The notes under the pieces were generated by a model. The model was not told the DNA's origin and made no database searches. It worked only from the letters and a program-made list of their open reading frames with translations. 64,000 nucleotides of DNA from Candidatus Latescibacterota bacterium (GTDB lineage Bacteria; Latescibacterota; UBA2968), in NCBI GenBank assembly GCA_965208125.1, contig OZ242320.1, positions 3,552,001 through 3,616,000 on the forward strand. Reading direction: 5' to 3'. This document shows, piece by piece, positions 18,448-28,267 of the stretch (position 1 is its first letter; the number at the start of each line of letters is the position of its first letter). The position numbers and the translations under genes were made by a program.

Positions 18448-20331
18448 ATGGCAGAATTACGATTCGACATTACGCCGTTTCTGGATCAAGATGAAGGCCA
18501 GCACTTTGATCGCAAGTCGTTGTATGAAGGGGCAGTGGGTGCCAAACGGGCACGTAATCGCCGCGCCGTGCGGGATCAGGTTGCGGAATATGTGGCGGGC
18601 TTCGCCAATGCCGAAGGTGGCGTACTGATCCTGGGTATAGAGGATGACCGCACCATTACTGGACACCAGCTTCCTCAGGATGCCTTGAACAGTATCCTGA
18701 AGACCCCGAGCACTCGCTTGAAGCCCGTACAGCCCGATGGCTTTATTATGAATGTTCAAGGGTGCGAACTGATTGTTTTTGATGTGCCGGCTTCAGATGT
18801 TCCCGTTCAGGTAATCGGGGATGGCTTCCCGCTGCGAATGGGTGACCAGACAGTGCAATCCAGCGAGAGCCAAATCAATACGCTCAAGTTTGAAGGTATG
18901 GCGGAGAGTTGGGAAAGCCGACGATCATCAATGACTTTGGCTGATCTGGATGAACGACTGTTAGAAAGTGCAAGACAAGGGGCGGGTTTATCCGCTTTGA
19001 GTGATGAAGAATATTTGCTCAAGCGCAAATTGGCCGATCGCCGTGGGCGAGGGATTGTGCTTCGAAATGCTGCGGAGTTACTCTTTGCCCGTTATGGTCC
19101 GGACCATCCCAATGCTGGCGTTCGTCTATTTCGCGTTATTGGTACGGAGCGCTATACCGGACCCGAACACAATGTCGAAGAACGTCCGCGCTGCGAAGGC
19201 AACTTACCTGCGGTCATATTGGAAATCCGCACTGTCATCAGCAGTCTGTTGCGACGCCCTATGCGACTCGTGGGTAGTCGCTTTCAGGAATCCGCCGAAT
19301 ACCCGGATTTCGCCTGGCTGGAGGCGTTGCTCAATGCCATCGCACACCGCGATTACAGGATTGAAGGCACCTGTACAGAGGTCTGGCTATTCGATGACCG
19401 TATGGAAGTGGTCAGTCCGGGCGGACTGGTTGGCAACTTGACTACGGAAGCATTGCTCACACTCAAGCGCGTTCATCACAGCCGCAATCCCCGGATTATC
19501 CGGGTGCTCGTAGATCTCGGTCTCGCACGCGACCAGGGCGAGGGTATCCCACGGATGTTTGCAGAGATGGAAGACGCTTTTTTGCCAAGGCCAGATATAG
19601 ATGCTACCAATCGCAGTGTCACAGTCACGCTTCGGAACACGCTTACCCTGAACGCCAGTGATAGAGAATTTATCTCGGCACTCGGTGATATTGAGCTTTC
19701 TCGCAATGAGTTTCGGGCATTGCTTTACACTTATCGTCATGATCAGATAGACAATGCCAGGTTGCGGGCTTTATCCGGTCTGGATACCTTAAATGCCAGT
19801 TACCTTTTGCGCGGCCTCCGCGACCGGGATTTGCTGGCACTTCATTCTCACGGTCCCAACAGCTACTACACACTGACTTCTGTTCTGACATCGCAAGTTG
19901 GAGAATATAGAGCAAAAGGTAAGGAACTCGGTGCGGATGGGAGGGAGTTCGACCCGGATACAGGTAAGCTAGGCCCGGATACAGGTAAGCTAGGCCCAGA
20001 TACAGGTAAGCTAGGCCCGGATACAGGTAAGCTAGGCCCAGATACAGGTAAGATTCCTGATGATATCCAGGTCGCTATCGACCAACTTGGCCAGCGACCG
20101 CGTCGAGAAAATCTACGCCCTGTCATTCGCGCGATATGCGATCAAGGGAGATGGGTAACTGCCGCTGAACTTGCCGATTACTTGGGTTTTCACAAAAAAA
20201 ATCTATTAGGACACCTCGGAGAAATGGTGCAAAGTAAAGAACTCGAGCGACGCTTTCCGGACAAGCCTAAACATCCTCGTCAGGCTTACCGAGCCGTTGT
20301 GCCCAACACCCTTAGTCCTGAAACACGTTAG
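18448..20331 (+). CDS. Schlafen/AlbA_2 + HATPase_c_4 + wHTH protein, copy 3
   Basis: EGQHFDRK, VAGFANAEGGVLILGIED; LEALLNAIAHRDY, SRNPRI, QGEGI; C-terminal FPDKPKHPRQAYR wHTH. Confidence 0.85.
   Translation: MAELRFDITPFLDQDEGQHFDRKSLYEGAVGAKRARNRRAVRDQVAEYVAGFANAEGGVLILGIEDDRTITGHQLPQDALNSILKTPSTRLKPVQPDGFIMNVQGCELIVFDVPASDVPVQVIGDGFPLRMGDQTVQSSESQINTLKFEGMAESWESRRSSMTLADLDERLLESARQGAGLSALSDEEYLLKRKLADRRGRGIVLRNAAELLFARYGPDHPNAGVRLFRVIGTERYTGPEHNVEERPRCEGNLPAVILEIRTVISSLLRRPMRLVGSRFQESAEYPDFAWLEALLNAIAHRDYRIEGTCTEVWLFDDRMEVVSPGGLVGNLTTEALLTLKRVHHSRNPRIIRVLVDLGLARDQGEGIPRMFAEMEDAFLPRPDIDATNRSVTVTLRNTLTLNASDREFISALGDIELSRNEFRALLYTYRHDQIDNARLRALSGLDTLNASYLLRGLRDRDLLALHSHGPNSYYTLTSVLTSQVGEYRAKGKELGADGREFDPDTGKLGPDTGKLGPDTGKLGPDTGKLGPDTGKIPDDIQVAIDQLGQRPRRENLRPVIRAICDQGRWVTAAELADYLGFHKKNLLGHLGEMVQSKELERRFPDKPKHPRQAYRAVVPNTLSPETR
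19953..20052 (+). repeat. Coding 21-bp tandem repeat (PDTGKLG x ~4.8)
   Basis: CCC(G/A)GATACAGGTAAGCTAGG units. Confidence 0.95.
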
Positions 20332-20351
20332 GTTTCTCTTTTCCGGCTGTC

Positions 20352-20382
20352 AAATAGCGTGTTTGAACTGACCAATCGCTAA
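20352..20382 (+). repeat. 31-bp direct repeat (hsdR 3' end), copy 2
   Basis: Identical to 18226-18256. Confidence 0.95.
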
Positions 20383-20405
20383 CGCTGGGTACGCCGCAAA
20401 AATAA

Positions 20406-20443
20406 AAACAGCCCGTCCAAAAAGTTGGATGGGCTGTCTTTTT
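20406..20443. terminator. Terminator hairpin, second copy of the post-hsdR hairpin (possibly bidirectional)
   Basis: AAACAGCCCGTCCAA-AAAG-TTGGATGGGCTGTCTTTTT between convergent genes. Confidence 0.75.
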
Positions 20444-20462
20444 GTTCGTATCACTGAAGGGG

Positions 20463-20783
20463 CTATTTGATAGCGAGTTCTTCGTCTTCTTTTTCCAGAG
20501 ATAAAGTTTCCCCAAAAGGTTCGCGGTCGAGGCGGTCACCCAGGATAATGGTTAGCACGGCACCGCCGACAAATGCGGTTATGAATCGCGCACCTGAAAA
20601 GAAGGCAATGGCCGCGGCTATGAGGCTGTTGCTGATTACAGCGGTGATTATGAGATCATCTGGATCAGGTGTGCGGTGGCGTTTATAGGTTTTATCGCAT
20701 AGCATGCGGAGGGCATTGCCCGCTACTGTGCCGAACAGGGCGAAGGCGATGAGCAAAATTGTGGAAAATAGACGAGGGATCAT
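20463..20783 (-). CDS. Small hypothetical membrane protein
   Basis: 106 aa with 2-3 hydrophobic segments; AAGGAGG RBS on the minus strand. Confidence 0.7.
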   Translation of the reverse strand: MIPRLFSTILLIAFALFGTVAGNALRMLCDKTYKRHRTPDPDDLIITAVISNSLIAAAIAFFSGARFITAFVGGAVLTIILGDRLDREPFGETLSLEKEDEELAIK

Positions 20784-20813
20784 AGGGCCTCCTTAGTGAT
20801 GTACAATGGGTCA

Positions 20814-21215
20814 TTATGGATTATTGTCAAATCCGCCTTCACGCGTCTGGCGAGTCATTTCCTGGATGAGTTTGGGCGCGGGGTCTTCCCAACCTTCGGG
20901 TTTGAGTATTTTGCCGTCTTCCCGGCGAATGACTTTTCCGTTTACGACTTTTTGCATGTTTGCATTGTGGACGATGTCGAAGAGCGGGTCGAGGTTGATG
21001 CCGTTGCGTACGGCGAAATCGCAGATGTAGTAAATTGCATCGACGAGCGCGTCGGCCTGTTCTGTGACGGTCTGCGCGGCCATTAACTCGTCCATTTCAT
21101 CGTTGACCATTTGTCTTATGAATGCGATGCCTTCTGCTGTCATGTTTTGCGGATGCGCTGGCAGGTCGTCGTTACAGGCCATTGTAAATTCGCGCACTTG
21201 AGCTGTATATCCCAT
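20814..21215 (-). CDS. MazG-like all-alpha NTP pyrophosphohydrolase (PRA-PH/DR2231-like)
   Basis: DEMDEL...ADALVDAIY...VHNANMQK...REDGKILKP. Confidence 0.8.
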   Translation of the reverse strand: MGYTAQVREFTMACNDDLPAHPQNMTAEGIAFIRQMVNDEMDELMAAQTVTEQADALVDAIYYICDFAVRNGINLDPLFDIVHNANMQKVVNGKVIRREDGKILKPEGWEDPAPKLIQEMTRQTREGGFDNNP

Positions 21216-21415
21216 GCGTACTCCTGGTGAAAGATAAGGGGGGAGGGGTAAGAGGTGAGATGTATGCGTTAGAAATTACTACAATACACAATCAAAAACA
21301 AATGCAATGGTTCGTCTATTCGTTTTTGGTCTTTGACTTTTGGGCGTTGCGTCTATATTTTTTGGCGCGATATTTTGTTGATTGGTGAACTATGACGCGA
21401 AAGGACTTATGTTAC

Positions 21416-22642
21416 ATGGCGAGTATTAACGCAAATTACGACAAATTGGCTGCGGGATATTTGTTTCCCGAGATTGCGCGGCGGACGCAGGTTTTTCTCG
21501 ATGCCCATCCAGAGGTGTCGGTGATGCGGTTGGGTATTGGCAATACGACCGAGCCGCTGACGAGGAGCGTGATTGCCGGTTTGCACGATGCGGTGGATCA
21601 GATGGCGCGTGTGGAGACGTATCGCGGCTATGCCGATGGCGGAGAGGGCGAGCCTGAGATGCGGGAGGCGCTGGCGAAACGCTATGCGAAGCACGGGGTT
21701 GATCTCGATGCGTCTGAGGTTTTTGTGAGTGATGGCGCCAAGTCGGATTCGGCGAATATCCAGTCGATTTTTGGGATGGATAATGTGATTGCCGTGCAGG
21801 ATCCGGCATATCCGGTATATGTCGATAGCAATGTGATTGCCGGGCGGACGGGCGGGGCGGTGGACGATCAGTACGAGGGACTGGTTTATATGCCGTGTAC
21901 AGAAGAGAATGGTTTTATGCCCGAGGTGCCGGATGAAAAGGTGGATTTGATCTATATTTGCAGTCCGAATAATCCAACGGGTGCTGTGGCAACCCGAGCG
22001 CAGCTTCAGGCGTTTGTAGATTATGCGATAGAACACAAGGCGGTGATTATTTACGATGCGGCTTATGCCGGGTATATCTCGGATGCGGATTTGCCGCGAA
22101 CGATTTACGAGATTGAAGGGGCAAAGTCCTGCGCGATTGAGATCAATAGTTTTTCCAAAGATACCGGGTTTACGGGCGTGCGCCTGGGGTGGACGATTGT
22201 GCCGATGGATCTGGTGGTAGAAGACGCAGAGGTGGGTAAGTTGAATACGCTGTGGGGCAGGCGTCAAAATACGTTTTTTAATGGTGCTTCGAATATTGTG
22301 CAACTGGGCGCTTTGTCGGTGTTTACAGAAGAAGGCGAGCGAGAGTGCCAGGAGATGATTGCGTATTATATGGAGAATGCGCGCATTATTCGGGCGGGGC
22401 TGAGAGGTATTGGGCTGATGGTTTTCGGCGGTGTACACGCGCCGTATTTGTGGCTCAAGACACCGAACGGCCTGTCCTCGTGGGACTTTTTTGACAAGTT
22501 GTTGTCAGAAGCCCATGTTGTGGGTACGCCGGGTTCGGGTTTTGGTCCTGCTGGCGAAGGCTATTTTCGCTTGAGTTCGTTTGGACATCGAGAAGATGTC
22601 GAGCGGGCAGTGACGAGTATTCAGGCGAATTTGAAGATTTGA
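21416..22642 (+). CDS. dapL: LL-diaminopimelate aminotransferase
   Basis: YLFPEIA, SDGAKSD, CSPNNPTG, SFSKDTGFTGVRLG, GSGFGPAGEGY. Confidence 0.93.
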   Translation: MASINANYDKLAAGYLFPEIARRTQVFLDAHPEVSVMRLGIGNTTEPLTRSVIAGLHDAVDQMARVETYRGYADGGEGEPEMREALAKRYAKHGVDLDASEVFVSDGAKSDSANIQSIFGMDNVIAVQDPAYPVYVDSNVIAGRTGGAVDDQYEGLVYMPCTEENGFMPEVPDEKVDLIYICSPNNPTGAVATRAQLQAFVDYAIEHKAVIIYDAAYAGYISDADLPRTIYEIEGAKSCAIEINSFSKDTGFTGVRLGWTIVPMDLVVEDAEVGKLNTLWGRRQNTFFNGASNIVQLGALSVFTEEGERECQEMIAYYMENARIIRAGLRGIGLMVFGGVHAPYLWLKTPNGLSSWDFFDKLLSEAHVVGTPGSGFGPAGEGYFRLSSFGHREDVERAVTSIQANLKI

Positions 22643-22651
22643 GGTGAAAGG

Positions 22652-24097
22652 ATGACGCGATCCAATCCAAACATCATTTTTATTCTGGCTGATGATATGG
22701 GCTATGGAGATCTGGCGTGTCAGAATCCAGAGTCTAAAATTCCAACGCCCAATCTGGACAGGTTGGCGTCACAGGGGGTTCGTTTTACCGATGCCCACGC
22801 GCCGTCCAGCGTTTGTACGCCGTCGCGCTATGCGATTCTTACGGGACGATATTCGTGGCGCACCCGGTTGCAAGGCGGCGTGTTGTGGCCCTGGGATCCG
22901 CCTTTGATTGATCCGGGGCGAACGACGGTGGCGACATTGCTGCGCGATCAAGGGTATCGCACGGCTTGTATTGGGAAGTGGCATCTGGGATGGCACTGGG
23001 AGACAAAGGATGGGCGTGCGGCTTATGAAGGCGCGGAATACGGGGTGTTGGGTAGGGATCAGCGGTATGAGTTGGGTAAGAATATCGATTTTAGTAAGCC
23101 GGTTACTGGCGGTCCTGTGGAATGTGGATTTGATTATTATTTTGGCGATGATGTGCCCAATTTTCCGCCTTATACCTGGTTTGAAAACGATAGGTTAGTG
23201 GATGCGCCAGTGGAGGAGAAGCCCGAGGAAATGTTTGGGACGCCCGGAGCTATGGCGCCGGGATGGTCTCTCGAAGCGGTGATGCCAGAGTTGACCCATC
23301 GCGCGGTTCAATATATTGAGGCGGCGGATGATCAACCGTTTTTTTTGTATTTTCCACTGACTGCGCCGCACACGCCGATTGTTCCAATAGATGAATTTAA
23401 GGGTATGAGCGAGGCGGGTGATTTTGGAGATTTTGTGTGTGAAGTGGATTGGACAGTGGGCGAGGTGATGGCGGCTCTTGATCGAAAAGGGATTGCCGAG
23501 AATACGCTGATTATTTTTACCAGCGATAATGGGCCAGAAAATTCTGCGTATAGACGGATCCAGGAATACGGTCATTACAGTATGGATGGCTTGCGGGGGT
23601 TAAAACGCGATGTGTGGGAAGGCGGGCATCGGGTTCCGTTTGTTGCCAGATGGCCCGGTCGGATTGAGGGGGGCAGGGTTTGCGATGAGGTGATTTGTCT
23701 GTCCGATTTTATGGCTACGGTGGCGGCGATAACCGGCGCGTCTTTGTCGGAAGATATGGGTGAAGATAGTTATAATATACTGCCCGCGCTTTTGGATGAG
23801 ACTTTTGATACGCCTATCCGGGAGGCGACTGTGCATCACAGCATTCGGGGGAAGTTCGCCATTCGGAAGGGTCACTGGGTGTTGATTGATGCACCGAGTG
23901 GGGATGATAATAAAGAGCCGGATTGGTTTGTGGATGAACGCGGGTATGTGCCCCACGATCATCCGGGCGAACTTTTTGATCTCGAACGCGATCGGATTGA
24001 GCGATTTAACTGTTATGCTGAATATCCCGAGATCGTTGAAGAACTCAAGTCTTTGCTCGAGAGGTATAAGCGAGAAGGCCGAAGTGTTTCGCGCTGA
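22652..24097 (+). CDS. Arylsulfatase family protein
   Basis: PNIIFILADD, CTPSRYAILTG (FGly motif), GKWHLG. Confidence 0.93.
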   Translation: MTRSNPNIIFILADDMGYGDLACQNPESKIPTPNLDRLASQGVRFTDAHAPSSVCTPSRYAILTGRYSWRTRLQGGVLWPWDPPLIDPGRTTVATLLRDQGYRTACIGKWHLGWHWETKDGRAAYEGAEYGVLGRDQRYELGKNIDFSKPVTGGPVECGFDYYFGDDVPNFPPYTWFENDRLVDAPVEEKPEEMFGTPGAMAPGWSLEAVMPELTHRAVQYIEAADDQPFFLYFPLTAPHTPIVPIDEFKGMSEAGDFGDFVCEVDWTVGEVMAALDRKGIAENTLIIFTSDNGPENSAYRRIQEYGHYSMDGLRGLKRDVWEGGHRVPFVARWPGRIEGGRVCDEVICLSDFMATVAAITGASLSEDMGEDSYNILPALLDETFDTPIREATVHHSIRGKFAIRKGHWVLIDAPSGDDNKEPDWFVDERGYVPHDHPGELFDLERDRIERFNCYAEYPEIVEELKSLLERYKREGRSVSR

Positions 24098-24117
24098 TTG
24101 AAAAAGGGAGCAATTTT

Positions 24118-25050
24118 ATGGGACATATTTTGCGTGTCCTGATTGTATTTGCGTGGATTGGTACCGCCGGGGCAGAGGTGCAGGTCGCGTTTCGCTTTGA
24201 GGCTGTTTTTGGCGAAATAGGGGGTGGTGATGGGCAGTTTCTCGATCCGGAGGGATTGACTCTGGATACGTCGGGCAATGTGTTTGTGGTAGATACGGGC
24301 AATGATCGCGTCCAAAAATTGTCCCCAACTGGCACTTTTTTGAGGGCGGTGGGGGGACCGGGCTGGGAAGATGGGCAATTTAATAAACCGGGTGGTATTG
24401 CCGCGAGCAAGGGGCTGGAGATTTATGTGGCCGATGGCCGAAATCGCCGCATTCAGGTGTTTAATCTCAATTTGCGTCTTCTGGCGGTGATTGGTGGTGC
24501 GGATACTGGTGGTTCTATGGATCTGGGTACGCTCAGTGGTATTGCCGTGTCAGATGCAGATGAGATTTTGGTGAGCGATATCGATGCCGATCAACTGGTG
24601 CAGATCGATACATATAGCCGCGTTGATCGCAGTTTTGGCGGATTTGGATATGGGGCTGGCAATTTGCGGCGGCCTTTAGGGATTGCTATAGAAGGGCGCG
24701 AGGTGGTTTATGTTTGTGATAGCGAGAATGATCGGATCGCGATGTTCGACAGGTTTGGCAATTTTCAAAAGGCAATGGGCGAAGATGTTTTGTTGCAGCC
24801 CTCGGCGCTTTGCATGGGGCCAGAGCGGACGTTGATTGTGGCGGATACAGGACACCATCGCATTGTGGTTTTTGATCTCGAGTCTGGCGGTGTTGCAGGC
24901 TCTTTGGGTGGTCCCGATCCGGGAAAGGGTGCGATGGCGTTCCAGTTCCCCCGGGGTGTTGCACTTGGACGCGCTGGCAGGTTGTTCGTTCTGGATTCGG
25001 GCAATGGGCGCATTCAGAAATTGCAAATACAGGTTTCAAGGGTGAAGTAG
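24118..25050 (+). CDS. Secreted NHL-repeat protein
   Basis: Signal peptide; repeated F..P.G.....G...V.D..N.RIQ units. Confidence 0.85.
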   Translation: MGHILRVLIVFAWIGTAGAEVQVAFRFEAVFGEIGGGDGQFLDPEGLTLDTSGNVFVVDTGNDRVQKLSPTGTFLRAVGGPGWEDGQFNKPGGIAASKGLEIYVADGRNRRIQVFNLNLRLLAVIGGADTGGSMDLGTLSGIAVSDADEILVSDIDADQLVQIDTYSRVDRSFGGFGYGAGNLRRPLGIAIEGREVVYVCDSENDRIAMFDRFGNFQKAMGEDVLLQPSALCMGPERTLIVADTGHHRIVVFDLESGGVAGSLGGPDPGKGAMAFQFPRGVALGRAGRLFVLDSGNGRIQKLQIQVSRVK

Positions 25051-25085
25051 GAAGTGTGAAGTGTGAAGGATGAAGTGTGGAGTGA
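25051..25085. repeat. Heptamer tandem repeat (GAAGTGT-type)
   Basis: GAAGTGT GAAGTGT GAAGGAT GAAGTGT GGAGTGA. Confidence 0.7.
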
Positions 25086-25146
25086 GGAAAGGCCGGGATG
25101 TTCCGCGGGGGCGGGATGTCCTGTTTTTTTTAGCGAGACGCGAGAG

Positions 25147-28100
25147 ATGAGTTTTAACACCCTTCGTATTGCTCAGGGTATTGTATTTTTTTTCGTGTGT
25201 GTTGTGACGGCACAGGCACAGGTTCCCGTGCCAGAGCAGTTTACGCTGTTTGATGGGGAACGTGTGTTTCAAGCGGATGGGAGCCGTGGCCCTTTTTCGA
25301 TTTCCGATCGCGCCATTGAGGCGGGGAGTGAGCGGGTTTGGGTGGATGGGGTGTCGCTCATTCGGGATCGGGATTATGTGGTGGATGCCGACCGCGCGTT
25401 GCTGACGCTTTTGCGGGATGTTGTGCGGGGTGTGGAGATTGTGGTGCGTTTTAGGCAGCATCCTCTGGTGACCGCGCCTGTGGTTCAGCGCCGTCAGTTT
25501 CAACCGGGGAAAGGTGGTGGGGATCAACCGATTGTGCGTGTATTATCCCCCCCTGTGGTGCGAGATAGGGATGAGGAGCAGAAGTTGACGATTGGCGGTC
25601 ATAAGAGTATTTCTGTAACTGCGGGGTCTCAACACGCGGTTCATCAAGCTTTGCAGTTGCGTATTTCGGGCGAGGTTGCCGAGGGGGTCAATTTATTGGC
25701 TGTGTTGTCCGATCGCAATTTGCCAATAGGCGAGCAGGGTGGGTCGAAGCGGTTACAGGAATTGGATCGCGTGTTTTTTCAGGTTAATGCCAATCGGGTA
25801 TCGGCTACGCTCGGCGATCTCGATGTGGCGTTTGAAGGGACTGTGTTTGGGCGCTATCGGAGGCAGTTGCAGGGCGCGCGTGTGTTGGCCCATCGGCAGA
25901 ATGGGCAGGTCGCGGCTTTTGGGGCGGTGTCGCGGGGGCGTTGGGAAACGCGGCGGCTGGTGACGATTGAGGGGTTTCAAGGCCCCTATTCACTGTCGGG
26001 GGGTGGCTTGAGGGGGCAAATTGTGCCAGAGTCTGAGCGCGTGTATCTCAACGGGCGATTGCTCAACCGCGGTGATGGGGCAGATTATACGATTGATTAC
26101 GAGCGCGGGCATGTGGCGTTCATGCCTGAGATACCGATTGGGGTGGAGAGCCGCGTTACAGCGGAATACCAGGTGATTGATGCCGGAATGAGAAGCCGGC
26201 TGATGGGTATAGAGTCCCGCGTGTCCCTCGCTGAGGGGATGTCTGTGGGGACGACGCTGATTCGAGAGTCTGATCGTTCTGCACTGTCGCCTGGGATAGC
26301 TTCAGTGCATCGACAGTTGGGGGTGGTGTACGCGACGTACACGCCGTGGTCAAATGCGCGTATTTCTGGGGAGTTTGCTCTGAGTGATCGGGATTTGGGA
26401 AGTGGACGCGGGTTTCGCATGGATGGCGCGTGGCAAGCGCGCAATTTTGAAGTCACGGGCCGGTTTCGTCAGGTTGGGGCCAATTTTGAAGCATTTGAGC
26501 GATTGGATAGAGGGCGGGCAGCCGGGCGGTGGGGGTGGCAAGCCGATACTGCGCGAACCGCCCAACGCGAGGGTGAGATGGCTGTGCGTTGGGATTTGGG
26601 CAAGGTGCTTTCTGTTACTGGGGAATACGGACGGCATTTGGGCGCTGTGCGAACGGACCGGAAAAGTGTGGGGATTCACGCGCCTGTAGGGATGTACCGC
26701 TATGAGTCGCTCGGACGCGGTAGCGGCGAGATGCGCCGACATGAGGGACAGATTGAAGTGTCGATGGGGGAGGTTGTGCCGGGGTTTCGTTTTTCGCTGG
26801 AAAATGGGGTGGGCGATGGTGTGAGTAGCAGTTCGCTTTTTTATGCCACACGTCCGCGTTTTTTGCCTCAGGGTGTTGACAAACAGGAGTTGGTGTGGCA
26901 CATAGGTGTTGGCGAAGGGCGAAATTGGTCGTGGGTATCGGAGTTGAAATATCGGAAGTTCAGGCAGCGGGAAGCGGTGTGGCAGGATAGTTTGCGCGGG
27001 TGGTCGCACACCCACAGGGCGCAGATGACAAATTGGAGGGGTTGGATTTTTTCTGGTTCTTATACCCATGGGAAAATCCATATCGGGCGCGAACATCAGC
27101 AGACGACGACACATCTGGGGCGCGTGCGGTTGGGGCATAATCGTCCTGGCTCGTCGCATCAGATAACGTATCGCGTTTCGAGTACGCGGATCAGTCAGCC
27201 CATTTTTGTCGAGGTAGGATCCGGGCTGGGGGAATATATCTGGGAGGATGCCAATGGCGATGGTTTGCGCGATGTGGAAGAGTTTGTACTCGATGTCGAT
27301 GGCGATTATGTGCGGGTTTATGACTACGGGCAATTTGCACCTGCACGCGATGGCGCGCTGGGCATGCGCGTGGAGATTGATTTTCGGCGTTTGATTGGAG
27401 ATGAGCACATTTTGTCCGCTGTTGCGCTGGATGCGTCGTTGCGTGCGGAGCGGCAGATTGCGACCGGGGCGAAGCATGCGGCTCCCTGGGATCTGTTGGG
27501 TTTTGATGCAGATGCTGGGATTTTGGGCGCTCGCAGGGATGGGCTGGCGCGTCTTTATTTGTTTCGGTATCACAGACGTGGATCATTGCGTTTGACTGCG
27601 CGCGTGCGCGATCTGGTTAATCGGGCGTTTTACGGCGGGGCTGCCGAGTTTTTTGTGCAGGGTGGCGTGTTGGGAAAATTGAGGCCTGTCAATCGTCTTG
27701 AACTGGAGACGGAATTTGATCTGGGGCATAGAGAGCGAGAGGGTGCAGGTGCTTTTGCCTATCGCATTGATGGGGCGAGTGGTGCGTTGCGTTGCGCGTT
27801 CAGGTCTGCGCGTAAATGGTATTTGCGGTTGGGCATTTTGGGTGGGCGAGATTGGGAAGGTATCCGGACGTTGCGCGTGTGGCATATCGGTGTCCAGCCA
27901 GAGGTGATTTACGCTTTGCCCGGTCGCGGTCGATTGCGCGGTCGATTGGATTGGACGCGGGCCTGGGCGACGGATATAGCGCCCTTGTTTTTGGGGTTGG
28001 CACGGGGTAATCGTCAGGGGCAGAACTGGGCGTGGCGATTGGGGATGGATTACCGCTTTGGCAAATATGTATCGGCGCGGGTGATGTACGATGGTCGCGT

Positions 28101-28158
28101 AAGGCCTGCTCGTCAGACGATACATCTCGGGCGCGTGGAGATGCGAGCGGTGTTTTGA
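25147..28158 (+). CDS. Large putative outer-membrane beta-barrel protein
   Basis: Signal peptide, amphipathic beta-strand pattern, C-terminal Phe, two SE.V...G..L.R..DY..D motifs. Confidence 0.65.
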   Translation: MSFNTLRIAQGIVFFFVCVVTAQAQVPVPEQFTLFDGERVFQADGSRGPFSISDRAIEAGSERVWVDGVSLIRDRDYVVDADRALLTLLRDVVRGVEIVVRFRQHPLVTAPVVQRRQFQPGKGGGDQPIVRVLSPPVVRDRDEEQKLTIGGHKSISVTAGSQHAVHQALQLRISGEVAEGVNLLAVLSDRNLPIGEQGGSKRLQELDRVFFQVNANRVSATLGDLDVAFEGTVFGRYRRQLQGARVLAHRQNGQVAAFGAVSRGRWETRRLVTIEGFQGPYSLSGGGLRGQIVPESERVYLNGRLLNRGDGADYTIDYERGHVAFMPEIPIGVESRVTAEYQVIDAGMRSRLMGIESRVSLAEGMSVGTTLIRESDRSALSPGIASVHRQLGVVYATYTPWSNARISGEFALSDRDLGSGRGFRMDGAWQARNFEVTGRFRQVGANFEAFERLDRGRAAGRWGWQADTARTAQREGEMAVRWDLGKVLSVTGEYGRHLGAVRTDRKSVGIHAPVGMYRYESLGRGSGEMRRHEGQIEVSMGEVVPGFRFSLENGVGDGVSSSSLFYATRPRFLPQGVDKQELVWHIGVGEGRNWSWVSELKYRKFRQREAVWQDSLRGWSHTHRAQMTNWRGWIFSGSYTHGKIHIGREHQQTTTHLGRVRLGHNRPGSSHQITYRVSSTRISQPIFVEVGSGLGEYIWEDANGDGLRDVEEFVLDVDGDYVRVYDYGQFAPARDGALGMRVEIDFRRLIGDEHILSAVALDASLRAERQIATGAKHAAPWDLLGFDADAGILGARRDGLARLYLFRYHRRGSLRLTARVRDLVNRAFYGGAAEFFVQGGVLGKLRPVNRLELETEFDLGHREREGAGAFAYRIDGASGALRCAFRSARKWYLRLGILGGRDWEGIRTLRVWHIGVQPEVIYALPGRGRLRGRLDWTRAWATDIAPLFLGLARGNRQGQNWAWRLGMDYRFGKYVSARVMYDGRVRPARQTIHLGRVEMRAVF

Positions 28159-28221
28159 GAATTAAAAATTAAAAATTGAGGAACGGTGTATAACTGCGTA
28201 GCAGTTCATTAAAAATTAAAT

Positions 28222-28247
28222 GTAGGGGCGGTGCCTTGTGCCCGCCC
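28222..28247 (+). repeat. GTAG-type REP-like hairpin
   Basis: GTAGGGGCGGTGCCTTGTGCCCGCCC. Confidence 0.7.
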
Positions 28248-28267
28248 GCCGTTGTGCAAAGGTGCAG

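Noticed and set aside
19953-20052. Possible CRISPR array
   Set aside because: Contiguous in-frame 21-bp units with no spacers and no cas genes.
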